Below the pieces are notes generated by a model. That model did not search any database. It saw only the letters and a program-made list of their open reading frames with translations, and had not been told where the DNA came from. DNA of 64,000 nucleotides. Source: the human T2T-CHM13v2.0 reference genome, Homo sapiens. Positions 58,601-64,000 of the stretch are shown piece after piece. The stretch's first letter is position 1. Every line of letters starts with the position of its first letter. Position numbers and translations under genes: made by a program. Where the stretch lies: assembly GCF_009914755.1 (NCBI RefSeq), contig NC_060942.1; one strand, given 5' to 3'.

Positions 58601-61600
58601 TTTTTTATAAAAATATGTACTTAATATGTAAGAACATTTGTAGTTTTCTCTGCAATATTCTGTAGAAATGAACAGACACCTCTGGCCAGAGCAGTACAGG
58701 AATCTAGATTACATCCGTAGCCTCAGTCAAAGGGCACCTGAGGTTGACCATTATGAGTCAGTTACTGGGTTGTCTCTGAAGCCTAGAGATAGGTGGCTGA
58801 AATGTTTTACTACCCAAAATCAGTAGAGTGTTCCCCTTTAGTTTTTAAGAGCAGCATTTCAGTGAAAGCTTGCTGCTAAATAAACATTATAATTTAAATA
58901 TGACCATACTGTTTTGCCATTGAGAGTCATACATCCCTGTATATTGAGACTTACATTGGATATTTATCATGGAGGGAAATAAAACCAATATAACTTGTGT
59001 GTGTATGTGTGTGTGTGTGTGTTGTTTTTTGGCCAGGACAATACAATTTTCTGAGGAATCATTAGGTAAAGAACAATCTGAGACATCATGAAAAACTTCC
59101 TAAAATGAAACTCCAAAATTATGAAACGAAATACATAATTATTAGAGATTGAGTTAACATTAGCTTATACCCTTTAACTAATTATTACTTATACAGTGTT
59201 TAAAAGATCATTGCTTTATTTTATACAAGAATAAATATATGTTAACTTCTCAAAAATTATAAAGAGATGTTACTGGGGTTTTAGTTTTACTTACACATTA
59301 ATTTTATGATTTTGGCCAAACCTGAACAACATTACAAATGTCTTAGCCTAAGACAGCCCATGTAAAACTGTTCTCTCTTCAAAAGTGACTACCACCAAAA
59401 ATTTATGTAAAAGTGGTTCTTCACAATGAGTTCTGAACAGTTTCTCTATCACAAAATTAGTGTTCAATAAGGTATGTTAAATGGGTGAGAAATATAAATT
59501 AGTGATTATAGATACAAAAATATTACCTTTTAATAAAAAAAACGCTCAAACTCTGGCTTCTGCATTTTTCCTTATCCTCATTCACAAGGAAGAACATTGG
59601 GTGAAAGTAATGACTTACACTAACTATTCATTATGAACATCCCATTTACAGAACTGTACTGATAACAACATCTTGTGATTATGTTGTGGAGGGGCAAAAT
59701 TTTCCCCAGAATTAATGATAAATGCATCAGGACCTTTATCCAGTACACTGTTCGAGATGATTAAATTCATGGTATGTTTGCTTAATCTATTTTCCCTTTC
59801 CAGACACTATGCTCTTTGCCTGAGGCAAACCCATCTAATAATTTTCAATTGAACAAAACCATAACTCATGACCCAATAAATTATTAAGGAACCCTGCCTT
59901 GCATCTGATTCATCATTCATCTTACCACAATGGCAGAAAGCCTACTGAATTTCCTAACAGTTTCTTACCATGATGAATAGTTCCTTTTAAATGTAGGAAT
60001 ACTTTCATGTATGTTTATGCATGTATATTTTTACAAAATTACTTTTTAAGCTAAAATTTGTCACTAAAACTTCATAGTAATAATATCGGTGTTTGAAAAA
60101 GTTTTCTCATCTGTTTACATCACTTGAAATTTGCTTCTGAACCCAGACAGTCCTCCAGAGGTAACCATTATATGTTCCCTGAGGTTAGATTTTTTTAATC
60201 AACTACAGAGTATAGAATATTAAAATATTGCTTCTTATTTTCTCATTTTCTTATTTCTTATAAGCTAATATTCTAAACTGGCCTCTAGAATTCCAAGGAG
60301 AGAACACTGTTTAAAAGTATATGTTACATAGTAGGAGTGGAGTAAACTTGGAAGGGTATTGAGATGTTTAAAATATTTCAAAACAGAGAGATGATTGCAG
60401 TAGTGTCAGTAGTGAGCAATAAGCTTCACCTTTGACCTGCCTCTCTATAGCCAGTCATGAAATATATATTGAATCACATTTTAAAGCCTAGATATTATGC
60501 TTAATAACTGAGTTGTCAGATGTGATATCTGAGAATACATTTCATCATAGTAACCGGTTGAACAATAATTATGATTTGCCATAGGCTATTACCTATGTTA
60601 TCACATAAAAAAGTGTCATTGTTGTGATAAAAATGGAATATTTGACAGTATCAGAAAATATAATCTGTCTCCTTAGTTAGCTGTATTTTAAACTGGTGTG
60701 AGTATAGAATACACAACTCACCAAATCTCTGAACAGTATGTATCTTGATGATTTATTATTTTTCTTCTTAAAATTGAAAACCGGGGCTATGGAAGTTTCA
60801 AAAATAATATTGAAGAAGGAGAAAGAAAGAAGTGCATCCACATCCCCACGATTCTTCCTCAGTGTCTGATTTCATTTTGGATATTACTCACTGTTCCATG
60901 ATGACCACAAAGACAAAAGTGTCAATTTATTTCTTATGAAAGTGTGTAACAACATTACCTAAAAAATTAAAGCTATTATTTTGAATTGATACAGGTTTTA
61001 TTTCTGATTCCCTGTTACTTCTCTTAAGGGCTGTCAAGAACAAATTCCTGTTTTCTTTTTGTTGAAAAGAAGATTTGTAAGAAGTTTTAAAAACTACAAT
61101 TTGGATCAATTGTTCAATTTTCTTCCCTTTATTCCTGATGGCACAGTTGAGCCAGATGTCTTTTTGTGGGTGAGAGGAGCAAAAAGCAAACAGAAGCGAT
61201 AATTGTGTGTTCATGCCTGAGAGTTTCCTGAACCCAATTACTTAATCAAAGGCAACTTGCACCTGCAGTTACACAACAGCAGGAATAACAAGTTGCTGCA
61301 GGGATATTGGACTGTGTCTAGAAAATTTCAAAGACTTGCCCTTTTAGTCTGCCCTCCTACCTTTTTGAAGTTTGATTCCCTCGTTTTGTAGATAAATACT
61401 TGAACAAGACCTTCAGAATATAATAAGCAATATAAATAAAACACCCAAAGACAAGAAAACCCCCTACCAAAACAAATGTAGAACTTCATATGTGGCATGT
61501 TTATAAAAACCGAGGATCATTTTTTGGTATTCTCATAAACATGACATGACCACGAAATACTTAAAAAGCTGCCACCCATTCGGCTGCTGCAGACAAATCA

Positions 61601-62779
61601 TCATTATGTTTCATGGAAAATAACAGCTGAAGGGCTCGATTCTGAAACAAGTGGAGAAGTGCTCAAGCAGTATTTAAACCCCTAAGAATCCTTTCTCCTC
61701 CTAAAACCATCAGCTTTTATAAGCAGTATCTCACCGCACCACAAAAGGTGATCAAATATACTTTGTACAAGAAACTTGTAGAATTTGGTAATAGAGTTTA
61801 TTTAAACTGGAAAGAGGTTGCACTCCAGTGCCTTTATATTATATAGGTCTTTTGAGTAGCAGATAAGAAAATATTTATTTTAAATGACATATTGTCTGTT
61901 TTATTGGCCGTATTTTGAGATGATGTGTACATAAAGTATTTTGAGACAAAGTGTACATAAAGATGAGAAGCAGAAGTAAATATGCTAACTCAATCATGGA
62001 AGTAATCAGTGCTGTGTGTCTTGGCACAGATAAATATGATGGAAAAACCAGGTGCTACAGAAACAAATTGGTAGTTTGTAAAGATCCAAGGTAGGGGCCT
62101 CTCCCTTCACTCATTCCTGGGGTTAGTCATTGCCCCAGTGAAAAATACCTTGGTTCCTGGGAGCGTGTATGTATGTGTTTGGTGGTGTTTCATTTATAGT
62201 GAAGGTAATTCTTAAAGTCCTCACTTTTTATTCCATTTTCTCTATTAAATTATTCTTGACTAAACTTTTGTTATATCAAAGATTTCTCATTTATAGGATT
62301 GCTATTAACTACTGTTAACAAATACCCAAACAGAGAGACTAAAGCAATGGTTTAGGTAAAATTGTTCATGCACAAATTGAATTAAAAATAAAAGCTTTTC
62401 AAAATTGGGCTGAACTGTACCATTTGCTGTTTTGTGACCTTGCTTTCATTAGCCGGGTATCTGACTGTATAAATATAAAGCTGAGATTGTTAGAATTTCT
62501 TGAAGATATCCTATGCATCAATAAGAAAAAATTATCTACTGGTTTCTTGTTCATCAAGAAAATTTACAGCAAGGAAAACAGATTGATTCCATTTGTTCTT
62601 AACAGCACATGCAGCTCTTATCATTGAAGCATGAAGAAAGAAAATGTATTGATTTAGACAGAGAAATAATTAGGTAAACATTGTGAACATTCATAGTTTA
62701 TCTGACATAAACCAACCCAGATAGTACAGATAAGGTCTTCAGTTTATCTGCCCGCCACCCCAGTCATCTGGTCATCAAT

Positions 62780-63300
62780 TTACATGTATCAGTCATATAT
62801 TGATTCATTAAAAACACTCCAAACTTGGCAGCAAATAGTAACAATCATTTATTCTCACTCACACTTATGTGTGTCTGGTTGTGGCTGATGTAGAATGAGT
62901 GAGGCTAGATGATATGGTTCAAGCTGCAGGTCTCACTGGACTCACTGACCACTGCATGTTGCCTCCTGCCAGGTTAAATATGTTCTGTGTGATCCCACTG
63001 TGGGGTACAAGCTAATGGAGAAGAACTTACCTAGAGAAAGCTTTTACTGTGGTGTTGGAAGAAGCTCAAAAAGCAACTGGAAAGACACAGTTCCTCTGAA
63101 GGCTGAGGTTGGGAAACAGCACGCTGCCACTGACCCCATGTTCCATTTTCTGAGGCAAGGTCTTGGCCTGGCCCTATATTAAAGGGGTACGTTCATGCTT
63201 CCACACAACAGAGACTATAACTGCAAAGTCACGTGGCACAGGGCCAAGGAACAGGGAGAGATGATGAACTGGGGCTAATAATTCAGTCTACCACCATGTG
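62780..63300. mobile_element. Old MaLR (MLT1-type) LTR relic
   Basis: tgtatcagtc...aaaacactccaaacttggcagc...aacaatcatttattctcactcac...tgcaaagtcacgtggcacagg...attcagtctaccac. Confidence 0.55.
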
Positions 63301-63828
63301 CTCTCTTGCAAAATAATACTCTAATCTCCCTCTCAAGACTCCCAAATATCTAAACTATCATAACCCTAGGCTTCGAATTTAGAAAGTTGCAGCACACCTC
63401 AATGTATCAGCCTCCATTGAATCTGGAGAGTTAGATCCTAAACAGTAAAGGTAATATCCTGTCTAAAACAAACTTGTAATGAGAGATTAGAGAAAAGCTA
63501 CTATAAGTAAAATGGAAAAAACTAACAGGCGCATAGCAGTCACTGGTTTATAACAACTCTGAGATCACACTGGACAAATACTGCTTGATCTCCTACTGTT
63601 AGTTTTCTCTATTTTCTTCTTTCCAGATTATTTCAGGAGGCAGTTTTAATAGATACGTCACCACAACATAGCATGTATTACCCTTTTTGCAGCTTCCTAT
63701 AGTAATTTTTGAAAATGATTCCCATTTTCTCTATTATTTATCTTGCTATATTTCACCTACCTCCAAGTCAATTACCACATACTTAAATACTTTGTTATAG
63801 AAGCACTCAGTGTTTAAGGGCTAATTTC

Positions 63829-64000
63829 TGTATCAGTTAGTTATTGCTGTATAATAATCCATTTTAAAGTGCAGTGGTGTGAAGCAATGCTCACATATTC
63901 TTTTGTGTATGTGTTTGCTGGACATCAAGTGACTGGTGGCGAGCCGTCTGAGTGGCTCTACTTAAAGCTAAAGCTCTGGCTGGCCGTGGCTCCTTTCTGT
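63829..64000. mobile_element. MLT1-type LTR start, runs off the window
   Basis: tgtatcagttagttattgctgtataataatccattttaaagtgcagtggtgtgaagcaa. Confidence 0.5.

Noticed and set aside
61910-61961. Short imperfect tandem duplication of about 26 bp (also a 12-bp unit at about 39272-39302)
   Set aside because: Ordinary slippage duplications.

Overview
This is an AT-rich, repeat-dense hominoid (human or great ape) non-coding window, intronic or intergenic, with no host protein-coding exon that I can support. Every ORF with recognisable protein content is a disabled L1 ORF1/ORF2 piece; the rest are Alu, SVA, LTR or microsatellite read-throughs. The main elements are a solo HERV-K(HML-2) LTR5B-like LTR (4858-5827, minus), a nested Tigger3a/MER66-like LTR, a twin-primed 5'-inverted L1PA5-like element (16756-20035), two THE1 solo LTRs, about nine Alus, a near full-length L1MA (about 40060-48197, minus), a full-length young SVA (54275-55821, minus, 13-bp TSD), and many ancient L2/MIR/L1M/MLT/MER relics. 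I found no new gene system. The most unusual signals are local templated-rearrangement scars: (i) at 9667-10140, a fold-back hairpin copied from about 870 bp downstream, a micro-inversion and a perfect 68-bp duplication that doubles POU octamer motifs, all within about 500 bp; (ii) a 73-bp copy of an Alu 5' junction, including its TSD, 1.6 kb away (30064-30136); (iii) a quasi-palindrome correction inside an L1PB (49815-49845). Subfamily names come from recalled consensus sequences and need RepeatMasker/Dfam confirmation.
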